Shown in pieces: positions 29,901-44,300 of a DNA stretch of 64,000 nucleotides (position 1 is its first letter; the number at the start of each line of letters is the position of its first letter). Location of the stretch: NCBI RefSeq assembly GCF_009914755.1, contig NC_060936.1; one strand, 5' to 3'. This stretch comes from the human T2T-CHM13v2.0 reference genome, Homo sapiens. The position numbers and the translations under genes are program-made. The notes beneath the pieces are model-generated. The model was not told where the DNA came from and made no database searches. It saw only the letters and a program-made list of their open reading frames with translations.

Positions 29901-32900
29901 ATTCACAGAATGGACAAAAACAGTGTTTCCAAACTGCTGAATCCAAAGAAAGTTTTAACTCTGTGAGATGAGTGCACATATCACATAGCCATTTCTCAGA
30001 AAGGTTCCTTCTAGTTTTTATCTGAAGATATTTCCTTTTTCACCATAGACCTCAATGCGCTCCAAAATACCCTGCACAGACTGTACAAAAAGAGTGTTTC
30101 CAAACTGCTGAATGAAAAGAAAGGTTTAAATCTGCGAGATAAATGTACACATCCCAAAGCATTTTCTCAGAGAGCTTCTTTCTAGTTTTTATCTGAAGAT
30201 GTTTCCTATGTCAGCATGAGCCTCAATGCGTTCCCAAATACCCCTTCACAAATTCTACAAAAACATTTTTTCCAAACTGCTGAGTGAAAAGAAAGGTATA
30301 ACTCTGTGAGATGACTGCACACATCACAAGGCAGTTTCTCAGATTGCTTTCTCCTAGTTTTTATCCTGGGATATTCACTTTTCCCAATTGGCTTCAATGA
30401 GCTCCCAAATGTCCATGTGCAGAATGGACAAAAAGAGATTGTCCAATCTGCTGAATCGAAAGAAAATTTAGTTCTGAGAGATGAATGCACACATCACAAA
30501 GCAGTTTCCCAGGAAGCTTCTTTCTAGTTTTTTATCTGAAGGTGTTTCCTTTTTAACCATAGGCCCCAATGTGCTCCCAAATATACCTTCACAGATTCTA
30601 CAAAAGCAGCAAATCCAAACTGCTGAATTAAAATAAATGTTTATCTCTGCACGATGAATGCACACATCACAAAGCAGTTCCTCAGAGAGCTTTCTTCTAT
30701 TTTCATCCTGTGATATTTGCTTTTTTGCCGTTTTTCTCAATGAGCTCCCAAATGTCCATTCACAGAATGCACAAAAAGAGAGATTCCAAACTGCTGAATC
30801 CAAAGAAATGTTTAACTCTGTGAGATGAATGCACACAACACAAAGTAGTTTCTGAGAAAGCTTCTTTCAAATTTTTATATGAAGATATTCTTTTTACATC
30901 ATAGGCCGCCTTGTGCTCCCAAACATTCATTCGCAGATTCTAAAAAAACAGGGTTTCCAAACTGTTAAATGAAAAGAAAGTTTTAACTCTGCATGATGAA
31001 TGCCCACATCAAAAAGCAGTTTTTCAGTGACTCCTTCCAGTTTTTATCTGGGATATTCATCTTTTCACCTTTGGCTTCAATGAGCTCACAAATATCCATT
31101 TGCAGAATGGACAGGTATGTTCCAAACTGCTGAATCTAATGGAGGGTTTATTTCTGTGTAATGAATGCACAGATCACAAAGCAGTTTCTCAGAGCTTCTT
31201 TATTAATTTTTCTGAAGATATTTCCTTTTCCAAAATAGGCCTCCACATGCTCCCAAATATCCCTTTGCAGATTCTAAAAAGACATTGTTTCTAAACTGCT
31301 GAATGAAAAGAAATGTTTATCTCTGTGAGATGAATGCACACATCATGAAGCAGTTTCACAGAGGATTTCCTTCTATTTTTCATCCTGGGATATAGGATTT
31401 TTCACCACTGCCCTCAATGAGCTCACAAATGTCCATATGCAGGATGGACAAAAACAGTGTTCCCAAACTGCTGAATCCTAAGAAGATTTGTTTTTTTGAG
31501 ATGAATCCACATATGGCAAAGCAGATTCTCAGAAAGCTCCTTTCTAATTTTTATCTGAAGATGTTTCCTTTTTCACTGTAGGCCACAATATGGTCCCAAA
31601 CATCCTTTCACAGATTCTACAAAAAGAGATTTTCCAAACTGCTGAATCCAAAGAATGATTTAATTTTGATTGATGAATGCACACATCACAAAGTGGTTTC
31701 TCAGAGAGCTTCCTTCTAGTTTTTATCCTGGAATATTTGCTTTTTTGCCATTGGTGTAAATGAGCTCCCAAATGTAATTTTCAGAATGGATGAAAATAAT
31801 GTTTCCAAACTGCTGAAAAAATAAAGTTTTAACTATTTGAAATGAATGCACACATCACAAAGCAGTTTCTCAGAAAGCTTCTTTCTAGTTTTCATCAGAA
31901 CATGTTTCCTTTTCACTATAAGCCTCTAAGCACTCTAAAATTTCCCTTCATTGATCCTACAAAAACAGTGCTTCCAAACTGATGAATGAAAGGTAGGTTT
32001 TAATTCTGTGAGATCAGTGCACAAGTCACAAAGCAGTTTCTCATACAGCTTCCTTGTATTTTTTTATCTTGGGATATTCCCATTTTTGCCTTTGGCATCA
32101 ATGAGCTCCAAAATGTCCATTCACAGAATGGACAAAAACAGTGTTTCCAAACTGGTGAATCCAAAGAAAGTATTAACTCTGTGAGATGAATGTACATATC
32201 AGAAAGCCATTTCTCAGAAACGTTCTTTCTAGTTTTTGTCTGAAGATATTTCCTTTTTCACCATAGGCCTCAATGCGCTCCAAAATATCCCTGTGCAGAT
32301 TGTACAAAAAGAGTGTTTCCAAACTGCTGAATGAAAAGAAAGGTTTAAATCTGCAAGATAAATTCACACACCCCAATGTATTTTCTCAGAGAGCCTCTTT
32401 CTAGTTTTTATCTGAAGATGTTTCCTATTTCAACGTGAGCATCAATGCACTCCCAAATATCCCTTTGCAAATTCTACAAAAACACTGTTTCCAAACTGCT
32501 GAGTGAAAAGAAAAGTTTAACTCTGTGAGATGAATGCACACAACACAAAGCAGTTTCTCAGATTGTTTCTTCTAGTTTTTATCCTGGGATATTCACTTTT
32601 TTGCCTTGGCCTCAATGAGCTCCGAATGTCCATTCACACAATGATCAAAAGGAGATTTTCCAAACTGCTGATTCCAAAGAAAGTTTTAACTCTGTGAGAT
32701 GAATGCACACATCACAAAGCAGTTTCTCAGAAAGTTTCCTTCTAGTTTTTATCTGAAGATGTTTCCTTTTTCACCATAGGCCCCGAAATGCTCCAAAGTA
32801 TCCTTTTGCAGATTCTACAAAAGTAGTTTTTCCAAACTGCTGAATGAAAAAAAAAGGTTCAACTCTGTGAGAAGAATGCACACATCTCAAAGTGGTTTCT

Positions 32901-35900
32901 CAGATGGCTTCCTTCTAGCTTTTATCCTGGGATATTCACTTTTCAACCATTGGCCTCAAAGAGCTCCCAAATGTCCATTTGTGGAATGGAAAAAATAGTG
33001 TTTCCTAACCGTTGTATCAAAAGAAAGGTTTAACTCTGAGATGAATACACACTTCCCAAATAGTTTCTCAGAGGGCTTCTTTCTAGTTTCTCTCTGAAGT
33101 TGTTTCCTTCTTTACCATAGGTCTCAGTGAGCTCCCAAAAGTCCATTCACAGAATGGGCAAAAACAGTGTTTCTAAAATGCTGAATGAAAAGAAAGATTT
33201 AATTCTGTGAAATGAATGCACACATCTCAAATTGGTTTCTCAGATAGCTTCCTTCTAGTTTTTTTCCTGCGATATTCAATTTTTCACCTTTGGCCTCAAG
33301 ATGCTCCCAAGTGTCCATTCACACAATGGACAAAAACAGTGTTACCAAATTCCTGAATATAAAGAAAACTTTAACTCTGTGAGGTGAATACTCACATCCC
33401 AAAGCGGATTCTCAGAAATCTTCCTTCTAGTTTTTAATCTTAGATATATGCTTTTTGACTTTGTCCTCAACGGGCTCCCAACTGTCCATTCTGCAAATCA
33501 ACAAAAATAGTGTTTTCAAACTTCTGAATAAAAAGAAAGGTTTAACTCTTTGAGTTGAATGCACACATCACAAGTAAGTTTCTCAGGAAGCTTCTTTCTT
33601 GTTTTTATCTGAAGTTGTTTCCTTTATCACCATAGGCCTCAGTGCATTCCCAAATATCCCTTCACAGATTTCACAAGAGGGTTTTCAAACTGCTGAATGA
33701 AAAGAAAGGTTTAACTCTATGAGATGAATGCACACATCATAAAGCGGTTTCTCAGTTTGCTTCCTACTAGTTTTTATCCTGGGATATTCTTTTTTTTTGC
33801 CATTGTCTTCAATGAGCTTCCAATGTCCTTTGCAGAATGGACAAAAAGGGTGCTTCCAAACTGCTGAATCTAAAGAAACGTTAAACTCTTTGAGACGAAT
33901 GTACACATCACAAACGAGTTTCTCAGAAAGCTTCTTTCTCATTTTTATCTGAAGAAGTTTCCTTTTTCACCATAAGCCTCAATGAGCTCCCAAATAAACC
34001 TTCACAGATTCTACAAAAACAGTGTTTTCAAATTGCTGAATGAAAGAAAAATTTAATTCAGCAAGATGAATGCACACTTCACAAAGTGGCTTCTCAGATA
34101 GCTTCCTTCTAGTTTTTGTCTGAAGATGTTTTCTTTTTTACCATAAGCCTCTATGCCCTCCCAAATGTCCTTTCACAGATATGACAAAAACAGTGTTTCC
34201 AAGGAGCTGAATGAAAATGAAGATTTAACTCTGTGAAATGAATGCATACAACACGAAGCAGTTTCTCACATAGCTCCCTTCTAGTTTTTATCCTGGGATA
34301 TTCACTTTTTTGCCATTTGCCTTAATGAGCTACAAAAAGTCCATCTGCAGAATGGCCAAAAACAGTGTTTGCAAACTGCTGAATCCAAATAAATGTTTAT
34401 CTCTGTGAGATGAATGCACACATCACAAAGTAGTTTCTCAGAAAGCTTCTTTCTTGTTTTTATCTGAAGATGTTTCCATTTCACCATAGGCCCCAATGCA
34501 CTTCAAAATGTCCCTTCACAGATTCTACAAAAACAGTGCTTCCAAACTGCGGAATCCACAGAAACGTTTAACTCTGTGAAATGAATGCACACATAGCAAA
34601 GTAGTTTCTCAGAAAGCTTCTTTCTCGTTTTTATCTAAAGATGTTTGCTTTTTCACCATAGGCCTCAAGGAACTCCCATTTTCCCTTCACAGATTCTACA
34701 AAAACAGTGTTTCCAAACTGCTGAAAGAAAAGAAAGGTTATCCTCTGTGAGATGAATGCACCCAACACAAAGCAGTTTCACAAATAGCTTCCTTCTAGTT
34801 TTTATACTGGTATATTTGCTTTCTTGCCATTGGCCTCATTGAGCTCAGAAATGTCCATTCACAGAATGGACAAAAAGACTTGCCAAACTGCTGAATCCAA
34901 AGAAAGTTTTAACTCTGTGAGGTGAATGCACAGATCACAAAGCAGTTTCTCAGAAACATTCTTTCTAGTTTTTAGCTGAAGATGTTTACTTTTTCACCAT
35001 GGGCTTCAATGTGCTCCCAAATGTCCCTTTGCAGATTCTACAAAAAGATTGTTTGCAAACTCCTGAATGAAAAAATAGATTTACCTCTGTGAGAAGAATG
35101 CACACATCACAAAGCGTTTTCTCAGATAGCTCTCTTCTAGTTTTTATCCTGGGATATTTGCTCTTTTTGCCATTGGAATCAAAGAGCTCCAAAATGTCCA
35201 TTTGCAGAATGAACAAAAGCAGTGTTTCCAAACTGCTGAAACCAAAGAAAGGTTTAACTCTATGAGATGAATGCACACGTCACAAAGCAGTTTCTCATAA
35301 TGTTTCTTTCTAGTTTTTATCTAAAGATGTTTCCTTCTTGAGCTTAGGCCTCAGTGCAATGCTAAATATCCCTTCACAGATTCTAAAAAAAACCAGTTTT
35401 TCCAAACAGCTGAAGGAAAAGAAAGTTTTAACTCAGTGAGATGAATGAACACATCACAAAGCGGTTTATCTGAGAGCTTCCTTCCAGATTTTATCCTGGG
35501 ATATTTGCTTTTAAACCATTGGCCTCAATTAGCCCCCAAATGACCATTCACTGAATGGACAAAAACAGTGTTTCCAAACTGCAGAATTGAAAGAAATGTT
35601 TAACTATGAGATAAAAGCACTCGTCACAAAGCAGTTTCCCAGAAAGTTTCTTACTTGTGTTTATCTGAAGTTGTTTCCTTTTTCACTTTAGACCTTATTG
35701 TGCTCCCAAATATACCTTCACAGATTCTACAAAGACAGTGTGTCCAAACTGCTGAATGGAAGAAAAGGTTTAACTCTGTGATATGAATGCAGACATCACT
35801 AAGTGGTTTCCCAGAAGCTTCCTTCTAGTTTTTTAACCTGGGATATTCGCTTTTTCACCTTTGGCCTCAATGAGCTCCAAAACGTCCATTCGCAGAATGG

Positions 35901-38147
35901 ACAAAAACAGTGTTGCCAAACTGCAGAATCCAAAGAAATATTTAACTATGAGATGAATGCAAATATCACAAAGCAGTTTCTCAGAAAACATCTTTCTTGA
36001 TTTTACCTGAAGATGTTTCCTTTTTCACCATAGGCATCAATGTGCTCCAAAATATCACTTCACAGATTCTACAAAAACAGTGTTTCCAAATTGCTGAATG
36101 AAAATAAAGTTTAACACTGTGTGATGAATGTACACTTCACAAAGTGGATTCTCAGATCACTTCCTTCTTATTTATATCCTGGGATACTTGCTTTTTAGAC
36201 TTTGGCTTAAATGAGCTCCAAAATGTCCATTCGCAGAATGGAGAAAAACAGTGTTTCAAAACTGCTGAATGCAAGGAAAGATTTAACTCTGAGAAATGAA
36301 TAAACGTATCACAGATCAGTTTCTCAGAAATCTTCCTTCTACTTTTTATCTGAAGATATTTCCTTTTTCACGATAAGTCTCAATGTGCTCCCAAATATCC
36401 TTTGGCAGATGCTACAAAAAGAGTGCTTCAAAATTTTTGAATGACAAGAAAGGTATAATTTTGTGATATGAATGCACACATCAGAATGCAGTTTCTCAGA
36501 GTGTTTCCTTCTAGTTTTTAATCCTGGTATATTTGCTTTATCAAAATTGGTCTCAATGAGGTCCTAAATATCCATTTGCAGAATGGACAAAAACAGTGTT
36601 TACAAACTGCTGAATCAAAAAAAAGGTTTAATTTTGTGCAATGAATGCATACATCACAAAGCAACTTCTTAGAAAATTTCTTTCTAGTTTTTATCTGAAA
36701 ATTTTTTTCTTTTTCAATACAGGCATGAATCTGCTCCCAAATATCCCTTCACAGATTATACAAAAAGTGTTTCCAAACTGCTGATTGAAAAGAGAGGTTT
36801 AACTCTGTGAGATGAATGGACACATCACAAAGCGGGTTTTCAGATAGCTTCCTTCTAGTTTTTGTCCTGGGATATTCTCTTTTTTGCCATTGGCCTCAAT
36901 GAGCTCCCAAATATCCATTTGCAGAATGGACAAAAATAGTGTTTCCAAACTGCTGAATCCAAAGAAACGTTTAACTCCATGAGATGAATACACACATCAG
37001 AAAGCAGTTTCTCAGAAAACTTCTTTACAGTTTTTATCTGAAAATGTTTACTTTTTCACGATAAGCCTCAATATGCTCCCAAATATGACTTCACAAATTC
37101 TAAAAAAACACTGTTTCCAAACTGTTTAATGTAAACAAACGTTTAATTCTGTGAGGTGAATGCATACGTCACAAAGCGGTTTCTCAGATATCTTCCTTTG
37201 AGTTTTTATTCTGGGATATTCGCTTTTTAACCATTGGCCTCAATGAGCTCTCAAAAGTCCATTAGCAGAATGGACAAAAGCAGTGTTTCCAAACTGCAGA
37301 ATCAAAAGAATTATTTAACTGTGAGATGAATGCACACATCACAAAGCAGTTTCTCAGAAAGCTTCTTTCTAGTTTTCATCTGAAGGTGTTTCCTTTTTCA
37401 CCATTTGCCTCAAGGCACTCACAAATATCCCTTTGATGATTCTATGAAAACAGTGTTTCCAAACTGCTGAATGAAAAGAAAAGTTTAACTCTGTGAGATA
37501 AATGCAGACATCACTAAGTGGTTTCTCAGATAGTTTCCTTCTAGTTTTTATCCTTGGATATTTGTTTTTTTGCCACTGGCCTCAATGAGCTCCCAAAGAT
37601 CCATTCACAGAATGGACGAAAACATTGTTTCCATACTGGTGAATCCAAAGAAAGATTTAACTGTGTGAGATGTATGCACACATCGCAAAGCAGTTAGTCA
37701 GGAAGCTTCTTTCTAGTTTTAATATGAAGATGTATCTTTTGTCGCCATATGCCTCAATACGTTCCCAAATATTCCTTTGCAGATTCTTCAAAAACAGTGT
37801 TTCCAAACTGCTTAATAAAAGGAAAGGTTTAATTCTGTGGGATGAATGCACACATCAGAAAATGGTTTCTCTGCCAGAATCCTTCTAGTTTTTATCCTGG
37901 GATATTCAGTTTTTCCCCTTTGGCCTCAATGAGTTTCCAAATGTCCATTCACAGAATTTACAAAAACAGTGTTTCCAAACTACTGACTCCAAAGAAACTT
38001 TAACCCTGTGAGATGAATGCACACATCATAAAGTAGTTTCTCAGAAAACTTCTTTATAGTTTTTATGTGAAGAATTTTCTTTTTTCACCATAAGCCTCAA
38101 TGTGCTCCAAAATATCCCTCACAGATTCTACAAAAACAGTGTTTCCA
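11965..38147 (-). repeat. Diverged alpha satellite, mainly dimeric, with a single-type block at ~18.6-21.9 kb
   Basis: Continuous ~171-bp periodicity that resumes in register after the L1 TSD. Same A and B monomer types as in 1-5813. Confidence 0.97.
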
Positions 38148-38368
38148 CATTTTCTTAATCCAATTGAACAATGAGATCACACGGACACAGGCAGGGGAAT
38201 ACCACACTCTGGGGACTGTTGTGGGGTGGGGGGAGGGATAGCATTGGGAGATATACCTAATGCTAGATGATGAGTTAGTGGGGGCAGCACACCAGCATGG
38301 CACATGTATACATATGTAACTAACCTGCACAATGTGCACATGTACCCTAAAACTTAAAGTATAATAAA
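38148..38368 (+). mobile_element. 5'-truncated LINE-1 3' end (L1PA2-like) with short 5' inversion
   Basis: L1 3'UTR from 'aattgaacaatgagatcac' to 'cttaaagtataataaa'. Perfect 16-bp TSD aaaaacagtgtttcca at 38132-38147 and 38369-38384. The diagnostics 'gagatcac', 'cattgggag' and 'ctagatga..agttagtg' are younger-type than those of the full-length copy. Confidence 0.93.
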
Positions 38369-41300
38369 AAAAACAGTGTTTCCAAACTGCTGAATTAAAA
38401 TAAAGTTTTAGCTCTGTGAGATGAATTCATACATCACAAAACTGTTTCTCAGACAGCTTCCTTCTAGTTTTTATCCTTGGATATTTGCTATTTTGCCGTT
38501 GGCCTCAATGAGCTCAAAAATGTCCTTTTACATAATAGAGAAAAACAGTGTTTCCAAGCTGCTGAATACAAAGAGAGGTTTGACTCTGTGAGATGAATGC
38601 ACACGTCATAAAGCAGTTTGACAGAAAGATTCTTTCTAGTTTTTATCTGAGCTGTATGCTTTTCACCATAAGCCTCAACACAATCCCAAACATCCCTTTG
38701 CAGTTGCTACCAAAACAGTGTTTCCAAACTCCTGAATGAAAAGAAAGGTTTAACTCTGTGAGATGAATGCATGCATCACAAAGCAGTTTCTCAGATAGCT
38801 TCCTTCTAGTTTTTATCCTGGGATATTCACTTTTTTGTCATTGGCTTCAATGAGTTCCCAAATGTCCATTCGCAGAATGGACAAAAAGGAGTGTTTCCAA
38901 AATTCTGAATAAAAAGAATGTTTAACTCTGTGAGATGAATGCACACATCACAAAGCAATTTCTCAGAAAGCTTCTTTCTAGTCTGAATATGTTTCCTTTT
39001 CCACCATAAGCGTCAACGCACTAACTAATATCCCAACACAGATTCTACAAAAGCAGTTTTTCCAAGGTGCTGAATGAAAAGAAATCTTTAACTCTGTGAG
39101 ATGAATGCATGTATCACAAAGCAGTTTCTCCCACAGCTTCCTTGTGGTTTTTTTCCTGGGATATTCCCTGTTTCACCATTGTCCTCAATGAACTCCCAAA
39201 TGTCAACTCACAGAATGGACAAAAACAGTGTTTCCAAACTGCTGAATACAAATAAAGTTTTAACTCTGTGATATAAATGCACACACGAAAAAGTGGTTTC
39301 TCAGAAAGCTTCTTTCCAGTGTTTGTCTGAAGATGTTTCCTTTTTCACCACGTGTCTCAATGTGCTCCCAAATATCCCTTGGAAATTCTACAAAAACAGT
39401 GTTTCCAAACTGCTGAGTGAAAAGAAAGTTTTAATTCTGTGAGATGAGCGCACACATCACAAATCTGTTTCTCAGATAGCTTTCCTCTAGTATTTATTCT
39501 GGGATATTCACTTTTTTACCCTTAGCCTCAAAGAGGTCTAAATTGTCCATTTTTAGAATGGACAAAAACAGTGTTTCCAAACTGCTGAATGATAAGAGGT
39601 TTAACTTTCAGATATGAATGCACACATCAAAAGGTGTTTTCTCTGATAGCTTCCATCTAGTTTTTATCCTGGGTTATTCACTTTATCACCATTGGCCTCA
39701 ATGAGCTCCCAAATGTCCATTTGCAGAATGGAAAAAAAAACAGTGTTTCCAAACTACTGAATAAAATGAAAGGTTTAACTCTGTGAGATGAATGCACACA
39801 TCACAAAGCAGTTTCTCACAAAGCCTCTTTCTCGTTTTTAATCTGAAGATATTTCCTTTTTCAGCACATACCTCAATGTGCTCCCAAGTATTCCTTCACA
39901 AATTCTGCAAAAACATTGTTTCCAACCGCTTAATGAAAAGTAAGGTTTAACTCTGTGAGATGAATGCACACATAACAAAGCAGTTTCTCAGATAGCTTCC
40001 TTCTAGTTTTTCCTTGGATATTTGCTGTTTCACCATTGGCTTCAATGAGCTCCCACATGTCCATTTTCATTATGGACAAAAAGAGTGTTCTCAAACCGTG
40101 GAATCCAAAGAAAGTTTTAATTGTGTGAGATGAATGCACACATCACAAACAGTTTCTCATGAAGCTCCTTTCTAGTTTTTCTGAAGAGGTTTATTTTTTC
40201 CCCACAAGCCTCAATGTACTCCCAAACATCCCTTCTCAGATCCTGCAAAAACAGCATTTCCAATCTGCTGAATGAGAAGACATTTAAGTCTGTGAGATGA
40301 ATGCACACAACACAAAGTGCCTTCTCCAATGGCTTCCTTCTAGTTTTAATACTGAGATATCCACTTTTTTGTCAATTGCCTCAAAGAGCTCCAAAATGTC
40401 CATTTGAATAATAGACCAGAACAGTGTTTCCAAACTTCTGAATGAAAGGAAAGGTTAAACTCTGTGACATGAATGCACACATCAAAAAGTGGTTTCTCAG
40501 ATAGCTTCCATTTAGTTATTATCCTGGGAAATTCGCTTTTTCACCACTCACGTCAATGAACTCCCAAATGTCAATTCCACAATGTACAAAACCGTGTTTA
40601 CAAACTTATGAATCAAAGAAAGGTTTAGTTCTGTTACAGGAAGGCACACATCATAAACCAGTTTCTCAGAAAGCTTGTTTCTCATTTTTATCTGAAGATG
40701 TTTCCTTTTTCACTATAGGCCTCAATTAGATCCCAAATATCCCTTCGCAGGTTCTACAAAAACAGCGTATCCAAACTGCTGAATGAAAAGAAAGGTTTAA
40801 CTGTGTGAGATGAATGCACACATCACAAATCGGTTTATTAGATAGCTTCCTTCTAGATTTTATCCTTGGATATTCACTTTTTCACAGTTGGCCACAATGA
40901 GCTCCCAAATGTCCATTTGCAGAACGGAAAAAAAACAGCTTTTCCAAACTTCTGAATCCAAAGAAATGTTTAACTCTGTGATATAAATGCACCCATCACA
41001 AAGCAGTTTCTCAGAAAGTTGCTTTTACTTTTTATCTGCAGAAGTTTCTTTTTTCACCACAGGCCTCAATGCCCTCCCAAATAACCATTCACAGATTATA
41101 ATAAACAGTGTTTCCAAACCGCTGAATGAAAACAAAAGTTAACTCTGCAAGGTGAATGCACAAATAACAAAGAGGTTTCTCAGATAGCTTACTTCTAGTT
41201 TTCCTGGGATATTCACTTTTTCACCATTGGCCTCAATGAGCTCCCAAATGTCCTTTTGCACAATGGACTAAAACAGTGTTTCCAAACTTCTGAATAAAAT

Positions 41301-44300
41301 GAAAGGTTTAACTCTGTGAGATGAATGCACATATCACAAAGCAGTTTCTCAGAACGCTCCTGTCTAGTTTTTATCTGAAGATGTTTCCTTTTTCACCAGG
41401 TGCTTCAATGTGCTCCCAAATATCCCTTCACAAATTCTGCAAAAACAGTGTTTACAAACTGCTGAATGAAAAGTAAGGTTTAAGTCTGTGAGATCAATGC
41501 ACACATAACAAAGCCATTTCTCAGATAGCTTCCTTCTTGGTTTCCTTTATGTATTTGCTTTTTCATCATTGGCTCAGTGAGCTCCCACAGGTCCATTTGC
41601 AGAATGGACAAACACAGTGTTATCCAATGGCTGAATCCAAAGAAAGTTTTAACTCTGGAAGATGAATGCACACATCACAAGGTACTTTCTCTGAAAGGTT
41701 TTTCTACTCTATATCCTAAGATACTCCCTTTTTTGCCATTGGGCTCAATGAGCTCCCAAATGTCAACTCGCAGAATGGACAAAAACAGTTTTTTTCAACC
41801 TGCTGAATCCAAAGAAAGTTTTAACAGTGTGAGATGAATGCCCACATCACAAAGCAGGTTCTCAGAAAGCTTCATTCTAATTTTTTTCTGAAGATGTTTC
41901 CTTTTTCACCATAGGCCTCAAGGGGCTCCAAAATATTACTTCACAGATTCTACAAAAACAGTGTTTCTGAACTGCTGAATGAAAAGAAAGTTTTCACTCT
42001 GCAAGATGAATGCAAACATCACAAAGCAGTCTATCAGATAGCTTCCTTCTGGCTTTAATTCTCGGATATTCATTTTGAACCCTGTGATATGAATACACAC
42101 ATCACAAGGCATTTTCTCTGAAAGCTTCTTTCTAGTTTTTATCTGAAGATATTTTCTTTTTCACCATAGACCTCAATGCCATCCCTAATATACCTTCACA
42201 GGTTCTACAAAAACAGGGTTTCCAACATTCTGAATGAAAGGAGATGGTTAACACTGTGAGATGAATGCATACTTCACAAAGCAGTTTCTCAGATGGCTTC
42301 CTTCTAGTTTTTGTCCTGGGATATTCATTTTTTCGACACTGGCCTCAATGAGCTCCAAAATGTTCATTTGCAGGATAGAAAAAAAGCAGTTTTTCCAAAC
42401 TAATGAATGAAAAGAAAGGTTTAAGTCAGCACGATGAATGCACACATCAGAAAGCATTTTCTCAGATATCTTCCTTTTAGTTTTTATCCTGGAATATTTG
42501 TTTTTCACCACTGGCCTCAATGAGCTCACAAATGTCAAGTCACAGAATGGACATAAACAGTGTTTCCAACATGCTGAATAAAAAGAAAAGCTTAACTCTG
42601 TGATATGAATGCACACATCACAAAGTAGTTTTTCAGAAAGCTTCTTTCTAGTCTGAAGATGTTTCCTTTTTCACCACAGGCCTAAATGTGCTAACAAATA
42701 TCATATCATAGATTCTACAAAAACAGTGTTACCAAACCGCTGAATGAAAAGAAATGTTTAACTCTGTGAGATGTATGCACATATCACAAAGCAGTTTCTC
42801 AGATAGCTTCCTTATAGTTTTTATCCTGGGATGTTCCCTTTTTCACCATTGGCCCCAATGAGCTCCCAAACGTCCTTTCTCAGAATGGACAAAAACAGTG
42901 ATTCCGAAATGCTGAATCCAAAGAAAGTTTTAACTCTGTGATATGAATGCACATAAAAAAAACAGTTTCTCAGGGAAGTTCTTTCTAGTTTTTATGTAAA
43001 GATGTTTCCTTTTTCACCCCAGGCTTCAAAGTGCTGCCAAATATTTCTTTGCAGATTCTACAAAAACAGTGTTTCCAAACTGCTGGATCCAAAGAAGTTT
43101 TAACTCTGTGACATGAATGCACACATCATAAACTGGTTTCTCAGATAGTTTCCTTCTAGTTTTTAACCTGGAATATTCACTTTTTCATCATTGGTCTCAA
43201 TGAGCTTCAAAATTTCCATTCGCAGAATGGACATAAACAGTGTTTCCAAACTGCTGAATAAAACGAAAGTTTTAACTCTGTGAGGTGAATGCATACATCA
43301 CAAGCAGTTTTTCAGAAAGATTCTTTCTAGTTTTTTCTGAAGATGTTTCCTTTTCCACCACATGCCTAAATATACTCCCAAATATCCCTTCATAGATTCT
43401 ACAAAAACAATGTTTCTAAACTGATGAATGAAAAGAGAGGCTTAACTCTCTGAGATGAATGCCCACATCACAAAGTGGTTTCTCAGATAGCTTCCTTCTA
43501 GTTTTTATCCTTGGATATTAGCTATTCACCATTGGCCTCAATGAGCTCCCAAATGTCCATTCGCAGAAAGAACAAAAAGATTGCTTCCAAACTGCTGAAT
43601 CCAAAGGAAGTTTTAACTCTGTGAGGTGAATGCATACATCACAAAGCAGTTTCTCAGGCAGCTTCTTTCTAGTTTGTATCTGAGGATGTTTCCTTTTTAA
43701 CCAGAGGCCTCAATGCACTCCCAAATATCCCTTCACAGATTCTGTAAAACCAGTGATTCCAAACTGCTAAGTGCAAGAAAAAGTTTAAATCTGTGAGATG
43801 AATGCACCCATAAGAAACCAGTTTTTCAGATAGCTTTCTTCTAGTTTTTATCATGGGATATTCACTTCTTCGCCATTGGTCTCCATGAGTTCCCAAATGT
43901 TGATTCAGCAAATGGACAAAAACAGTGTTACCAAACTGCTGATTCCAAAGCAACTTTTAACTCTGTGAGATGAATGCACACATCACAAAGCAGTTTCTCA
44001 AACAACTTCATTCTAGTTTTTATATGAAGATCTTTCCTTTTATACCATAGGCCTCAATGCACTCCCAAATATTCCTGCACATATTCTACAAAAACTGTGT
44101 TTCCAAACTGCAGAATAAAAGAAAATTTTAAGACTGCGAGATGAATGCACAAATTACCAAGATTTTTCTCAGAGAGCTTCCTTCCAATCTTTATTCTGTG
44201 ATATTCACTTTTTTGGCATTGGCCTCAATGAGCTCCCAAATGTTCATTCACAGCATGGACAAAAACAGTGTTTCCAAACTACCTGATGAAAAAAAAGTTT

